The notes: a model not told the origin generated them from the letters alone. DNA of 64,000 bases from an uncultured Rhizobiaceae bacterium (GCA_964577835.1 CAZOBN010000004.1:396-64395); one strand, 5' to 3'; shown: positions 9,819 through 19,791, counted from the first letter of the stretch. Program-made: numbers and translations.

Positions 9819-10262
9819 ATGGTCACGCGTACGGTTGGCCGACTGGCGCTTGGCGCCGCCGGCTTGATGGCCCTCAGCGCCGCGGCCGTGATGTCAGCCC
9901 CCGCTCCGGCACACGCCGACAGCTTCGCGTTCGGCTACAGCAGCGGCTATTACCCGCGGCATTACCATCGCCCCTATCATCGCGGATACGACGCACGCTA
10001 CGTCTATGTCGCGCCACCGCCGGTCTACTACTATCCGCCGCCGCCGCGCGTCGTTTATGCTCCGGCGCCGCCTCCGGTCTATTACGCGCCGCCCCCGCCG
10101 CCCGTGGTCTATCAGCCGCAGACATTGCCCGGCGGCCGCCTTCAGGCCGCGCAGAACTATTGCCGCGAATACCAGAGCACGACAGTCGTGAACAATCAGC
10201 CGGTGCCGTCCTACGGCACCGCCTGCTTGCAGCCCGACGGGTCGTGGCAGATCGTGCGCTGA
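9819..10262 (+). CDS. secreted Pro/Tyr-rich protein
   Basis: AGGAGG lies 6 nt upstream of the ATG. Signal peptide ends AHA. PPPPVYY-type repeats are followed by a Cys-containing tail (CREYQ...YGTACLQPDGSWQ). Confidence 0.7.
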   Translation: MVTRTVGRLALGAAGLMALSAAAVMSAPAPAHADSFAFGYSSGYYPRHYHRPYHRGYDARYVYVAPPPVYYYPPPPRVVYAPAPPPVYYAPPPPPVVYQPQTLPGGRLQAAQNYCREYQSTTVVNNQPVPSYGTACLQPDGSWQIVR

Positions 10263-10301
10263 CGGCGCGCCGCCTCGTTCTCTCGATATCGCTCCACCTC
10301 A

Positions 10302-10332
10302 GCCCCGGTCACCCTGACCGGGGCTTTTTTTT
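10302..10332. terminator. rho-independent terminator between convergent genes
   Basis: CCCCGGTCA-CCC-TGACCGGGG stem followed by a T8 run. Confidence 0.6.
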
Positions 10333-10341
10333 CGCCCGGCT

Positions 10342-11022
10342 TCAGCCGCCGCCCTGCACCGCGATGTTGACGGCGAGCGCGATCAGGACCGTGTTGTAGA
10401 AGAAGGCCACCGTGCTGTGGGCCCAGGTCACCTTGCGCATGACGGTGCTGGTGACGTCCACATCCGAGACCTGGGCCGTCGTGCCCACGACATACGAATG
10501 ATAGATGAAGTCCCACGCTGTCGGCTCGTCGGTACCGGGAAACTTCAAGCCGCCGGCGTCATGGCCTTTCGCGCCCCCCGTCTTGCCATCGACGCGGACG
10601 TAATAGAGATGCCCGTAGCGGTAGGCCATGATCAGATGCAGCGTCAACCAGCCGAGCGGTACGCTGGCGATCGACAGCATAAGCAGAAGCGAGTCGGCCC
10701 TTTGTGGCCGGTCGAACAAGCCGAACAGCGACACCACGCCGAAGCCGATCGCGGCGAGGGTTATCAGCACGATCAGGATGCCGCCTTCGTCCTCGATCGC
10801 CGAGCGCTTGCGCATCTCGGCAATCGTGATGCGATTGACGAGAACGGCCATGGAACTCAGATAGGCGAGATAGAACACGTCGCCGGCGAGCACCAGGCGC
10901 AATTGCCGATCCAGCGTCCAGGTGACCCCCCACACGACGATCCCGAGCAGGGCGGAGAGATAGAACCGGCTGTGATGGCGCCAGTGGTTTCGTGTGGCTC
11001 TGGTCAGCCCCATGGCCCTCAT
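10342..11022 (-). CDS. DUF1345-like integral membrane protein
   Basis: Four to five hydrophobic helices. The conserved-looking C-terminal half ([24 protein letters not shown]) is recalled from the DUF1345 family. Confidence 0.6.
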   Translation of the reverse strand: MRAMGLTRATRNHWRHHSRFYLSALLGIVVWGVTWTLDRQLRLVLAGDVFYLAYLSSMAVLVNRITIAEMRKRSAIEDEGGILIVLITLAAIGFGVVSLFGLFDRPQRADSLLLMLSIASVPLGWLTLHLIMAYRYGHLYYVRVDGKTGGAKGHDAGGLKFPGTDEPTAWDFIYHSYVVGTTAQVSDVDVTSTVMRKVTWAHSTVAFFYNTVLIALAVNIAVQGGG

Positions 11023-11236
11023 CCCTCACCCCATCTCTGTAAGCCGTCACGTCCTCGACGAACGCCGACCTGTCGCGAACGTTCCGGCTCTGCCCTCACC
11101 GTCTCGACGATGTCCGCGAACCCCTTCAAACCCAGGCCGTCTTCCGTGTATAGAAGACGGCGGGCGCGCTTTCCGGCGCTGCCCCCAGAAATCGCTGGTC
11201 ACCCAGCGCGATTACCATAAGCCGGAAGGAAGCGTC

Positions 11237-12859
11237 GTGAAACAGGGCTACGATTACATCGTCATCGGTGCCGGCTCCGCCGGCTGCGTCTTGGCCAACC
11301 GCCTGAGCGAGGATTCGAGCGCCCGCGTGCTGCTGCTCGAGGCCGGCGGCCGCGACCTCAACCCGCTGATCCATATCCCTCTCGGTCTCGGCAAGATGCA
11401 CGAATACCGGCTCCATGACTGGGGCTACAACACCGAGCCCGATCCCAATCTCAACGGCCGCCACATCGAGGCCATGCGCGGCAAGGTGCTCGGCGGCTCC
11501 TCCTCGATCAATGTCATGGCCTACACCCGCGGCAACGCCGGCGACTACGATCGCTGGGCGCGGAACGGCGCCCACGGCTGGTCCTATGCCGACGTGCTGC
11601 CCTACTTCAAGCGCTGCGAGACCTGGAAGGGCGGCGAGAACGCCTGGCGCGGCGGCTCGGGTCCGTTGCACACCGAATATGCCCGCACCCGGGATCCGTT
11701 GTTCGCCGCCTGGATCGAAGCCGGCAAGGCGGCGGGCTACAAGTATCAGGAGGACTACAACGCGGCCGATCAGGAGGGCTTCAGCCGCAGCCAATACACC
11801 ATCAAGAATGGCCGGCGCTGCTCCTCCGCCGTCGCCTTCCTGCGCCCGGCCCTGAAGCGCCCGAACCTCACCGTGGTCACCGGCGCGCTGACCACCCGCA
11901 TCCTGTTCCAGGGGGCGCGCGCGAAATCCGTCGAATATCTCAAGGACGGCAAGCTCACCCATGTGGCGGCCGAGCGCGAGATCGTCGTCTCCGGCGGCAC
12001 CTTCAACACGCCGCAGATCCTCATGCTGTCGGGCATCGGTCCGGCGGAGCATCTCAAGTCCGTCGGCATCCAGCCGCTGATCGATCTGCCGGTCGGCCAC
12101 AACCTGCAGGATCACCTGGCGACGCTGATCTTCTGGATGCGCAACACCGGCAGCACGTTCCGCGACAACATGCGGTTCGACCGCATGGCGCTCAACATGA
12201 TCCGCGCCTACATGTTCGGCACCGGCCCGGCCACCATGGTGCCCGGCGGCATGCACGCCTTCATCAAGACGCACCCCAAGCTGGCGGTGCCCGACATCGA
12301 ATTCATGTTCCGCGGCCTGCCGTCCCACGCCCATCTCTGGTTCCCGGGCATCAAGGGGATGTATGTGGACGGCTACGGCATCCGCCCGACCCTGCTCCAC
12401 CCCGAGAGCCGCGGCACGGTGACCCTGCGCTCGGCGAATCCGCAGGATGCGGTGCGCATCACCTACAACTTCTTCACCGCGCCGAACGATCTGCCGACGC
12501 TGCGCCAGGGCTTCAAGATCGGCCGCGAGCTCGGCTACCGGCCGGAGATGGACGCCTTCCGCGGCAAGGAGACATCGCCCGGCCTCGACACCGTCAAGAC
12601 CGACGACGAGATCGACGCCTTCATCAAGCGCAACGCCACGACGGCCCACCACCCGTCGAGCACCTGCGCCATCGGTTCCGTGGTCGATCCCGAGCTGCGC
12701 GTGCACGGCATCGAGGGCCTGCGCGTGGTCGACGCCTCGGTCATGCCGGACCTGGTGTCGGCCCACATCAACGCCTGCGTGCTGATGATGGCCGAGCGCG
12801 CCTCCGACCTGATCCACGGCAAGCAGGTGCTGCAGCCGGCGACGGCCGAGGCAGCTTAG
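11237..12859 (+). CDS. GMC-family FAD oxidoreductase (choline/alcohol dehydrogenase-like)
   Basis: GTG start 6 nt after GGAAGGA. N-terminal [24 protein letters not shown] fold, plus GMC signature regions ([20 protein letters not shown]). Confidence 0.85.
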   Translation: MKQGYDYIVIGAGSAGCVLANRLSEDSSARVLLLEAGGRDLNPLIHIPLGLGKMHEYRLHDWGYNTEPDPNLNGRHIEAMRGKVLGGSSSINVMAYTRGNAGDYDRWARNGAHGWSYADVLPYFKRCETWKGGENAWRGGSGPLHTEYARTRDPLFAAWIEAGKAAGYKYQEDYNAADQEGFSRSQYTIKNGRRCSSAVAFLRPALKRPNLTVVTGALTTRILFQGARAKSVEYLKDGKLTHVAAEREIVVSGGTFNTPQILMLSGIGPAEHLKSVGIQPLIDLPVGHNLQDHLATLIFWMRNTGSTFRDNMRFDRMALNMIRAYMFGTGPATMVPGGMHAFIKTHPKLAVPDIEFMFRGLPSHAHLWFPGIKGMYVDGYGIRPTLLHPESRGTVTLRSANPQDAVRITYNFFTAPNDLPTLRQGFKIGRELGYRPEMDAFRGKETSPGLDTVKTDDEIDAFIKRNATTAHHPSSTCAIGSVVDPELRVHGIEGLRVVDASVMPDLVSAHINACVLMMAERASDLIHGKQVLQPATAEAA

Positions 12860-12894
12860 GGAAACGGCGGCGAAGGGGTAGGAAGGAAGACGGA

Positions 12895-13172
12895 TGGCCC
12901 GGTCGAGCCCACGGCTGTCCGGTCGAGGTCGAGGCCGTTGGAATGCGCCGATTCGTGGATGCCCCGGACAAGCCGGGGCATGACGGTTTTTATCGGATTT
13001 CCGCCATTTGCGTCATGGCCCGATTCAGTCGGGCCATCCACGTCAAGCCGTCGCTTGTGACTGTGACAATCGGTGTCCGTCCTCCGCGTGCCCACCATCG
13101 AATGTCATGCTGTCGGCGTTTCCCCGGGAAACTTGGATGCTCAACCGGACAGCCGTGGGCTCGACCGGGCCA
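12895..13172. mobile_element. MITE-like non-coding element, copy 1 (~278 bp, perfect 29-bp terminal inverted repeats)
   Basis: TGGCCCGGTCGAGCCCACGGCTGTCCGGT at 12895-12923 is the exact reverse complement of 13144-13172. The interior holds two GC hairpin units and has no coding capacity. A second copy lies at 33315-33593 in inverted orientation. Confidence 0.6.
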
Positions 13173-13191
13173 CGTTTTTTCTGAAGGCGTG

Positions 13192-13602
13192 TTACGCCGC
13201 CGGCACCTTGCGCGGCTTGCGGTCGTCGCCGATGGCGACGAAGGTGAACAGGCCTTCGGTCACCTTGAGCTCGTCGCCGCCCCGTCCGCGCCGTACCCAG
13301 CTCTCCACCTTGATGGTGATCGAGGTGTTGCCGATTTTCGTGATCTCGCCGTAGCAGCTCACCTCGTCGCCGACGAACACCGGATGGTGGAAGCTCATGG
13401 TGGCGATGGCGACCGTGGCGACACGGCCGTGAGCGCGCCGTGTGGCGATCATGCCGCCGGCCATGTCCATCTGGGACAGCACCCAGCCGCCGAAGATGTC
13501 GCCGTTCGGGTTGGTGTCCGCCGGCATGGCGACCGTGCGGATGGCGAGTTCGCCCTGTGGCTGGTTTTCCTCGCTAGCGGACTCGGACAATGACGCCTCC
13601 AT
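13192..13602 (-). CDS. acyl-CoA thioesterase (hotdog fold, YciA-like)
   Basis: Motif MP.DTNP.G.IFGG.V.S.MD plus the hotdog core. Start set at MEASLSES. Confidence 0.8.
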   Translation of the reverse strand: MEASLSESASEENQPQGELAIRTVAMPADTNPNGDIFGGWVLSQMDMAGGMIATRRAHGRVATVAIATMSFHHPVFVGDEVSCYGEITKIGNTSITIKVESWVRRGRGGDELKVTEGLFTFVAIGDDRKPRKVPAA

Positions 13603-13787
13603 GATCCGATCGACGATCGTGGTGTGGGGGAAAGCGGCGCGCGGGCGCGCCGGCCGAACCTGAGAAAGACGGTGTCTTCGGACCACCTTGATATCGCGAC
13701 CCCGGGCTCGCGTCGAGGTCCGAAGCATCGAGATCCGTCAGCCCGGTCGGTTCCGAGATCGGCGCGAATGGCGCCCTCGCTCTCGGT

Positions 13788-14444
13788 TCAGGCGCTGGCC
13801 ATCCGCAGGCGCTGCCTGCGGGACCATTCGAAATGGCCCAGAATGACCAGGCTCGCTGCGGCCGCGAAGAAGCACCATACCGAAACGAATGCCTCCCAAT
13901 AGAGGACAAAGGCGACGGCGGAGCCCACGAGAATGATCGCACCGAGCGCGACAACCGTGCGCTGCGAGGACAGCACGAGCGGCAGACCGGTCGCGGCGAG
14001 ATAGGCGACGGCAAGCGCGGGAGAAGGCGTGTAATTCGTCAGATAGACGATGTGGCCGTCCTGAATGGCCGCACCATAGGGCCGACTCAGTATCCACCAC
14101 AGCATATGGGCGCTGACCCCGACGCCGACCGCCAGGCAGATAAACATGAGGCGCCGACGACGTTCGTTGGATTCGATCAGCAATACGGCGGCCGACGCGT
14201 ACACCGGCCAGAAGACATGGGCAAAAAGGAGAAAGATGAGCGTCAGGCTGGTGGTGACCGGTCCGTCCGGCGCGACCGGGAGATCGAGCCACAGCAACCC
14301 CTCGATGCTCTGCTGGAACGCGAAGAGGAGAGGTGTGGCCGCCAATGGCGCCTCTCGCGGATCGTTGACCCTGCTCAGGGAGAAAACCCCGACCGCAGCG
14401 GTCATCCCCGCCGTGACGAAACTTGCTGTGGCGGAGAAGCACAT
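13788..14444 (-). CDS. hypothetical multi-pass membrane protein
   Basis: Six or more hydrophobic segments. Start moved to MCFSATASF because the upstream part of the ORF is a translated tRNA-like sequence. Confidence 0.5.
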   Translation of the reverse strand: MCFSATASFVTAGMTAAVGVFSLSRVNDPREAPLAATPLLFAFQQSIEGLLWLDLPVAPDGPVTTSLTLIFLLFAHVFWPVYASAAVLLIESNERRRRLMFICLAVGVGVSAHMLWWILSRPYGAAIQDGHIVYLTNYTPSPALAVAYLAATGLPLVLSSQRTVVALGAIILVGSAVAFVLYWEAFVSVWCFFAAAASLVILGHFEWSRRQRLRMASA

Positions 14445-14484
14445 CGATTTCTGTCCCGTGAGAGGTCCGCGCATGGGCGGGGAC

Positions 14485-14556
14485 TGGCGCGCCGCGCAGG
14501 ATCCAACCCTGCGACCCACGGCTAGGAAGGCCGTTGCTCTACCCAGCCAAGGGCGC
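14485..14556 (-). pseudogene. degenerate full-length copy of tRNA-Arg(TCT)
   Basis: Aligns end to end with the intact tRNA at 19750-19826 but has several mismatches and a ~5-nt deletion in the D-arm. Similarity continues about 60 nt into the 5' flank (to about 14617). Confidence 0.6.
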
Positions 14557-14663
14557 ATGTGCGGATCAGCGCGCGAACACTAGCATAACTCACGACGCAC
14601 GCGACAGGCCGTGGAATGTGGCGCCGAAGGACGATGCCATTTTATGCAGTGCGTGAGCGCCGG

Positions 14664-15836
14664 TCAGTATATTTCAGCGACGGAATGCCCCAGGGCCATG
14701 GCGCCGGCATAGTGGGCCTGAGGCCCTGCCTGCAGCGGATGGTAGCGCGCGCCCTGAACGTCGCGGAACCGGCGCTCCAGCCCGGTGCGGCGGTAGAAGC
14801 CGGGGCCGCCCGCCAGTTCCATCGCCAGCTCGACCGTCCTGATCGCGTGCTCGGCGACGAGGGAGCGCCCGATCATCATGTCGTTGACGGTTTCGGCGGA
14901 GGGCGCGTTGCGGTCGGCGACATCCAGCATCCAGCGATGAGCCAGACGGGCGGCGCGCAAAGACGTGTCCATGCGGCCTGCCAGATCGAAGATGTAGCCC
15001 GTCGGCGGCTTCTTCTTCGCCAGCTCCACCGCGATGTCGCGGGCGCTTTCCGCCACGCCCAGGTAGACGGCATAGATGATCGGGAAGGCGATCGTCGCGA
15101 TGACCTGAAAGACCGGGTGCCATTCTCCCGCCTTGCGCGAAAAGCTCACCGCTTTGTCGGGAACGAACAGCCCCTCGATCAGCACGTCATGAGAACCGGT
15201 GCCGCGCATGCCGAGCGTGCGCCAGGTCTCGACCACCTTCACGGCGTCCGATTTCATCGGGGCCGCGAAATGAATGACGGTTGGCGCTCCGTCCTCGGAT
15301 ATCCCTATCGCGCCGGTCATCAGGAGATCGCCGGCCTGCGCGCCCGAGGTGAAAACCTTGCGGGCATCCACCCGCCAGCCGCCGTCGACTTTCGTGGCCT
15401 TCCCCGAGCCGCCGATCCAATCGGAACCGCCGCTCGTGAGCAGGATCAACCGCTCGGCGGCAACCCGTTTCAGCAAGGGCTCGACAGCCGCCACCTTCTG
15501 GTGACGCCAGCGCCATGCCGGAATCGCGACCTGATGCGTGTGCATCGCGAACGCGAGCGCGGTCGAGCCGCAGGCATGCGCCATGATGCGCAACATTTCC
15601 GCCAGTTCGGGAACCTCCGCACCGCCGCCGCCGAACTCGCGTGGCACGCCGGCCTCGACAAGCCCGGCCTCCTTCAGCAGGGCGTAGTTCTCCGCGACGA
15701 AGGTATCGTTCTCATCGACCTGAGGCGCCCGCTCGGACAGGATCGGGGCGAGAGCGCGGGCGGCCTCGACGGCATTGTAGGGCGTGGTGTCCGATGCCCG
15801 GGACGCCTTTGGCAGAGTATTCAGATCGCTGATCAT
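14664..15836 (-). CDS. acyl-CoA dehydrogenase family protein
   Basis: 390 aa with the ACAD three-domain pattern (N-terminal helical, middle beta with GMRGTGSHD, C-terminal helical). Confidence 0.8.
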   Translation of the reverse strand: MISDLNTLPKASRASDTTPYNAVEAARALAPILSERAPQVDENDTFVAENYALLKEAGLVEAGVPREFGGGGAEVPELAEMLRIMAHACGSTALAFAMHTHQVAIPAWRWRHQKVAAVEPLLKRVAAERLILLTSGGSDWIGGSGKATKVDGGWRVDARKVFTSGAQAGDLLMTGAIGISEDGAPTVIHFAAPMKSDAVKVVETWRTLGMRGTGSHDVLIEGLFVPDKAVSFSRKAGEWHPVFQVIATIAFPIIYAVYLGVAESARDIAVELAKKKPPTGYIFDLAGRMDTSLRAARLAHRWMLDVADRNAPSAETVNDMMIGRSLVAEHAIRTVELAMELAGGPGFYRRTGLERRFRDVQGARYHPLQAGPQAHYAGAMALGHSVAEIY

Positions 15837-15990
15837 GACGTGCCTCCTATGGAAAACCGCACGGGTCGCGCTATGGAAACGCCAGGGTGGCGCGACCTGG
15901 CCGAGGTGTCCAGTTCACGAACTATACTGTCTGCGCTATTATCAGCCGCTTCGAGCGACATCGGAACTTCACGGAATGTAAGGGTGTTCC

Positions 15991-16683
15991 ATGGCGGATC
16001 GTGGAGGATATGGCCAATTCTGCCCGCTATCGATGGCATCGGAAATCCTTTGCACACGCTGGACGACGCTGGTCATCCGCGAGCTTCTTAGCGGCACGAC
16101 CCGCTTCAACGAGCTGCGCCGGGGCGTGCCAAGAATGTCGCCGGCGCTTCTGTCGAAACGCCTCAAGGAATTGGAGCGAGCAGGCGTCATCGAAACCGCC
16201 CGCCCTAAAAAGGGCGTTGTCGAATACCGTCTTTCCAAGGCCGGCGAGGAGTTGCGCCCGGTGATCATGGGTATGGGCTCATGGGGCCAGCGCTGGGTGG
16301 AATCGGAGCTTTCGCTCCGGAATCTCGATCCGTCGCTGCTGATGTGGGACATGCGGCGCAACCTGAAGCCGGAGCCGCTGCCGCCGAAGCGCTGCACGAT
16401 TCAGTTTCAGTATCCCGAGTTGCCCCAAGCGAAGCAGAACTGGTGGCTGGTCGTCGATGCCGGCACCGTGGATCTGTGCATTTTCGATCCCGGATTCGAG
16501 ATCGATTTGCTGGTCACCGGCTCGCTCAAGAGCATGACCGCGGTCTGGATGGGCATCAGCAAGGTGCGGCGCGAGATCGAGGCCGGCAATCTCGCACTCG
16601 ACGGTGATCCGCAGATCGCCAAAGCCATGCAGCAATGGCTCGGCCTCAGCCCCTTCGCGGCGGAGCCCCGGCGGGTGCCGTGA
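15991..16683 (+). CDS. HxlR-family winged-helix regulator with C-terminal extension
   Basis: CP...ASEILCTRWTTLVIRELL.G..RFNEL.R..P.MSPALLSKRLKELE..GV motif. Divergent from the ACAD gene. Confidence 0.8.
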   Translation: MADRGGYGQFCPLSMASEILCTRWTTLVIRELLSGTTRFNELRRGVPRMSPALLSKRLKELERAGVIETARPKKGVVEYRLSKAGEELRPVIMGMGSWGQRWVESELSLRNLDPSLLMWDMRRNLKPEPLPPKRCTIQFQYPELPQAKQNWWLVVDAGTVDLCIFDPGFEIDLLVTGSLKSMTAVWMGISKVRREIEAGNLALDGDPQIAKAMQQWLGLSPFAAEPRRVP

Positions 16684-17247
16684 TCCCGTTCATACGAGCT
16701 GCGCCATACCACATGCCGCTGTTCCGATTCGATCTGAATGACCGCTCCCGAGCACCATCGATGATCAATCGCTCAGCCAAGCGGCTCGGCTGGTCGAAAT
16801 TCCTCTACGGTGAAGGTTTGGCGCGCCCTCGTCGATGAAGATGAGCATTATGCGTTTGCCGTTTCACTATGATATCGGCGTCCTGACGCGCGCTCCAATC
16901 CTCAAAAATGCGACAACCTGCGATGTCGGGCTACGCCCCGGCGGCAGGTTAGGCCGCACATCCGGCATATATTGGCAGCTTTACCCCCGTAAGCGGCCGC
17001 ACCGCTCGGCCTGTGGTTTGGCAGAGATATGCCACTTCCGGACATCGCCCCTTCCGCATTGCAGAGCTGCCAGGGCCTGCCGACGTCTTTCTTTGTTGAT
17101 CGCATCGCCCGTACAGTCAGCAAACGATCGACCGATCGATGTATGCAGCCGACGAGTGCGATCTTTAACTGACACTCGCCGCCCATGCGAACACGACAAG
17201 TCACGCACACTGAACGGGCCGGAATCAATCCGCGAATTTGCGCCGGC

Positions 17248-18036
17248 TTATAAAAACACGTGGGCGTATACTGTCCATCCGCCCCAACCGATCAGCGCCG
17301 CACCGGCACCGTAGCTGAGCCATTTCCCGCGTGGCACGGTCTTTTCGGCCAGGATGAACGCAGCGATCAGCGCGACCCAGAGCAGATTCATCACGCCACC
17401 GACAAACAAGAGCAGCATCAACATCCAGCAGCAACCCACGCAATAGATGCCATGCCGAAACCCGATGCCAAAGGGGCCTCGGTTCCAGTGCCCAGTAATG
17501 AATTCGAGTGGGGAACGGCAATTACGCAGGCAAGCCTGCTTCCGTGGCGTGAACTGATAAGCGCCGATTGCGATCAAGGCGATGGCTGACAGCAACGCGC
17601 TGGTGGCGGCCATTGTAGGTGACAGCATCGCCAGACGATCGAGCTGCCACTGCAATAGGATGGCGGCGCCGCTGAAACCCATCCACACGACGACATACGC
17701 GACGGCGAATATCGTTGTGGCCGGAAACGGCGAGGTCCCACGGCGGCGACGTTCGATGGTCGTGAACAGGAGGATCATGGGGGCCGCGCTCGGAAGCATC
17801 ATCGCGGCCATCATGATGCCCCACATCGCCAGCATCAGCGCGAAGTACGACGTCGTCCAAGCCGAGGCCATGGGCATCACCATATTCGGCATCGACATGG
17901 ACTGCGCATCCATGCCGGGACCGAACAGGAGATAAGCCCAAGCCAACAGCGAAGCCGTGAGCAGCGCGATCAGCGTCACCGTCCGATCGCGCCGCAGCAG
18001 TTGTTCGAGCACAGACTTATCGCTCACCGGGTCCAT
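17248..18036 (-). CDS. DUF2182-like metal-binding integral membrane protein
   Basis: Met-rich multi-pass membrane protein with a conserved Cys cluster (C.RNCRSP ... CVGCCW). Lies downstream of a DUF1326-like gene, a pairing I recall as conserved. Confidence 0.7.
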   Translation of the reverse strand: MDPVSDKSVLEQLLRRDRTVTLIALLTASLLAWAYLLFGPGMDAQSMSMPNMVMPMASAWTTSYFALMLAMWGIMMAAMMLPSAAPMILLFTTIERRRRGTSPFPATTIFAVAYVVVWMGFSGAAILLQWQLDRLAMLSPTMAATSALLSAIALIAIGAYQFTPRKQACLRNCRSPLEFITGHWNRGPFGIGFRHGIYCVGCCWMLMLLLFVGGVMNLLWVALIAAFILAEKTVPRGKWLSYGAGAALIGWGGWTVYAHVFL

Positions 18037-18041
18037 GGAGC

Positions 18042-18081
18042 GCTTGGCTTGGCTTGGCTTGGCTTGGCTTGGCTTGGCTTG
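18042..18081. repeat. pentanucleotide microsatellite (GCTTG)8
   Basis: Eight perfect tandem copies, read directly from the sequence. It sits in the 66-nt spacer between the DUF1326 stop and the DUF2182 start and ends 5 nt before that ATG. Confidence 0.95.
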
Positions 18082-18102
18082 AACGCGTAGGGTGAGGCCG
18101 GT

Positions 18103-18735
18103 CTAGGACACTAGCCCGGCTGGCGTCTGCTCCACATGGGCGAGCGTGGCATGCCCCTTCGAGACATTGAACTTGATTCCAGCCGTACTCTCGATCGTGG
18201 CGTGAGCAACTTCGCCTACGTGGTGCTCAAAGCCCTCGGGCATGACGACCTGGATGCGGTGCTCCGCACCGTTCACCGGATTCTTAATCGGCTCGACATC
18301 GGTTTCGAGCACGCCCGGGATCGATAGCCGTGCTCTTCGTTTGGCGTAATCGAATGTCAGGTCAATCGGCGCAAAAACCGGATCAAGCATCTTGGTGACG
18401 ATGAGGCTGACAATGTGAAAGAGGGTCCCCTCAGCCGAATGTTTGCCTGACATGATCTGGAACAGGGCGTCCCGCTGCTCGGGCGTGGCGCGCGCGTCGA
18501 CGATCGGTTGAATGGTCCCATTGCCCTCGTGCAACGGTCCGGGGAAATCCACCGTGACGAAGAACTTGATTCCGTCCAGTTTCACGTTGCCGAAATGGCC
18601 CTCGGTGACGTGCATGCCGAGCAAACCCTTGCACCATCCTTGCGTCGGGCGCGCATTAAAGTCGCACGGGCAACCATAGTCGCAGCTGCAGGCCTTGAGC
18701 CATTCGCCTTTGAGCCGCCAATCGGTGTCGGGCAT
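18103..18735 (-). CDS. DUF1326-like protein
   Basis: N-terminal W.L.G....CSCDYGCPC motif. Start set at MPDTDWRLKGEW. Confidence 0.7.
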   Translation of the reverse strand: MPDTDWRLKGEWLKACSCDYGCPCDFNARPTQGWCKGLLGMHVTEGHFGNVKLDGIKFFVTVDFPGPLHEGNGTIQPIVDARATPEQRDALFQIMSGKHSAEGTLFHIVSLIVTKMLDPVFAPIDLTFDYAKRRARLSIPGVLETDVEPIKNPVNGAEHRIQVVMPEGFEHHVGEVAHATIESTAGIKFNVSKGHATLAHVEQTPAGLVS

Positions 18736-19389
18736 GGTGTCCTCCCTCTGAGCAGGCAACGTAGTTGTGTCGTGTGGCTATCGCTTCGCCTCACCATGGC
18801 ATCGAAGGAAGCCACGTTCTTTTTAAGTATCGCAACTTTAGCGGAACCAGTCCAATTATCAATCGCCTAGACGGGAAAGGGGCGTGCCATGGCCAAGTGG
18901 CTCGAAATGACCCTGACATATTTCGTTCCATATGCGGTCTGCACATACGGGGCTGTTTCCTGGCAAATGAGACTACGTGCCATCGGCGGACGGTGAGAGC
19001 GTTGGCGTCGCACGGCCCGCGTGCCCCTGGAATGCTTGAAGCGGCGCGCAATGTCAGCTCCGGGTCGATCGCGTCGGCTCCTCGAGGTCCGCAGGTCGGC
19101 CGCTTCGCGTCAATCAGCGGACATCGAACGCGGCAAACCGGGCGCCTCAATTAAATGCTCGTCAATCATTCGGCGCGGTGCCATCCGGTCCGACGTGCGG
19201 CTTCCGCCGCGCGACTTACGCCCTGACGACGCCATCGCTGCAACCACAATCCCGTATGACATCGTCAGCGAGGCCGATTGATGCGTTGTTTCCGGCAAGA
19301 CGACAACAGCTCGACAGAGGGTCGACCCGATGCTTCGGCGAGCGCTCCGCGTGCAGAGGAATTGCAAGCGCCAGACATGCGCAGCACGC

Positions 19390-19791
19390 GTTCAGCAATC
19401 GTAACATCGCCGATCTTGCCGACCCCATGCTCAAGGATCGCATCGCAGAGTTGAAGGCTATCGGCGACGAGGCTCGCGCCGACGCGGAGCGCGCCGAGGG
19501 TGCGGCCGAGCGGCTCGGGCCGAGCATCGCACCTCAGGCGCTCAAGACATTCGCCAGGGCGGCTCGCAAGCGCATCCGCACTGAGAAGGCGGTTATCGCC
19601 GTGACCACCTTCGCGCGCTCGCCCAGCGCGTCGAAGTGAACGCGAAAGAAGTTCGCATCATGGGATCGAAAAGCGAACTCCCGCGCACGCTCGTCGCCGC
19701 TTCAAGCGCAAAAACGGCGGGTTTTGGCGTTCCCAGTTTTTTACGGAAGTGGCGCGCCCTGCAGGACTCGAACCTGCGACCTACGGCTTAG
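19390..19791 (+). pseudogene. C-terminal remnant of a large serine recombinase (frameshifted)
   Basis: Frame A reads ...ADLADPMLKDRIAELKAIGDEARADAERAEGAAERL...ALKTFARAARKRIR. After a frameshift near 19590, frame B reads GGYRRDHLRALAQRVEVNAKEVRIMGSKSELPRTLVAASSAKTAGFGVPSFLRKWRALQDSNLRPTA and runs into the tRNA-Arg 3' half. The catalytic N-terminal domain is not recognisable upstream. Confidence 0.55.

Noticed and set aside
11126-12817. 563-aa minus-strand ORF opposite the GMC oxidoreductase gene. There are similar long antisense ORFs at 829-1830, 4893-6119, 27740-29539, 44163-45563, 54770-55948 and 61371-62930.
   Set aside because: These are typical shadow ORFs of a high-GC genome. They have Arg/Ala/Gly/His-rich low-complexity translations and no motifs. 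In each case the opposite strand encodes a protein with clear family signatures (FAD fold, permease helices, kinase H/N/G boxes).
14445-14558. N-terminal extension of the membrane-protein ORF (MRPWLGRATAFLAVGRRVGSCAARQS...).
   Set aside because: This stretch is the antisense translation of the degenerate tRNA-Arg copy, so the gene more likely starts at 14444 (or 14474).
16700-17247. ORFs in the ORF-poor stretches 16.7-17.25 kb and 18.76-19.39 kb (for example 16835-17314, 16902-17228, 18765-19154, 18791-19150).
   Set aside because: They are mutually overlapping on both strands, Cys/Arg-rich, and lack a ribosome-binding site or motif. I treat these stretches as decayed or non-coding DNA of the old integrated element.
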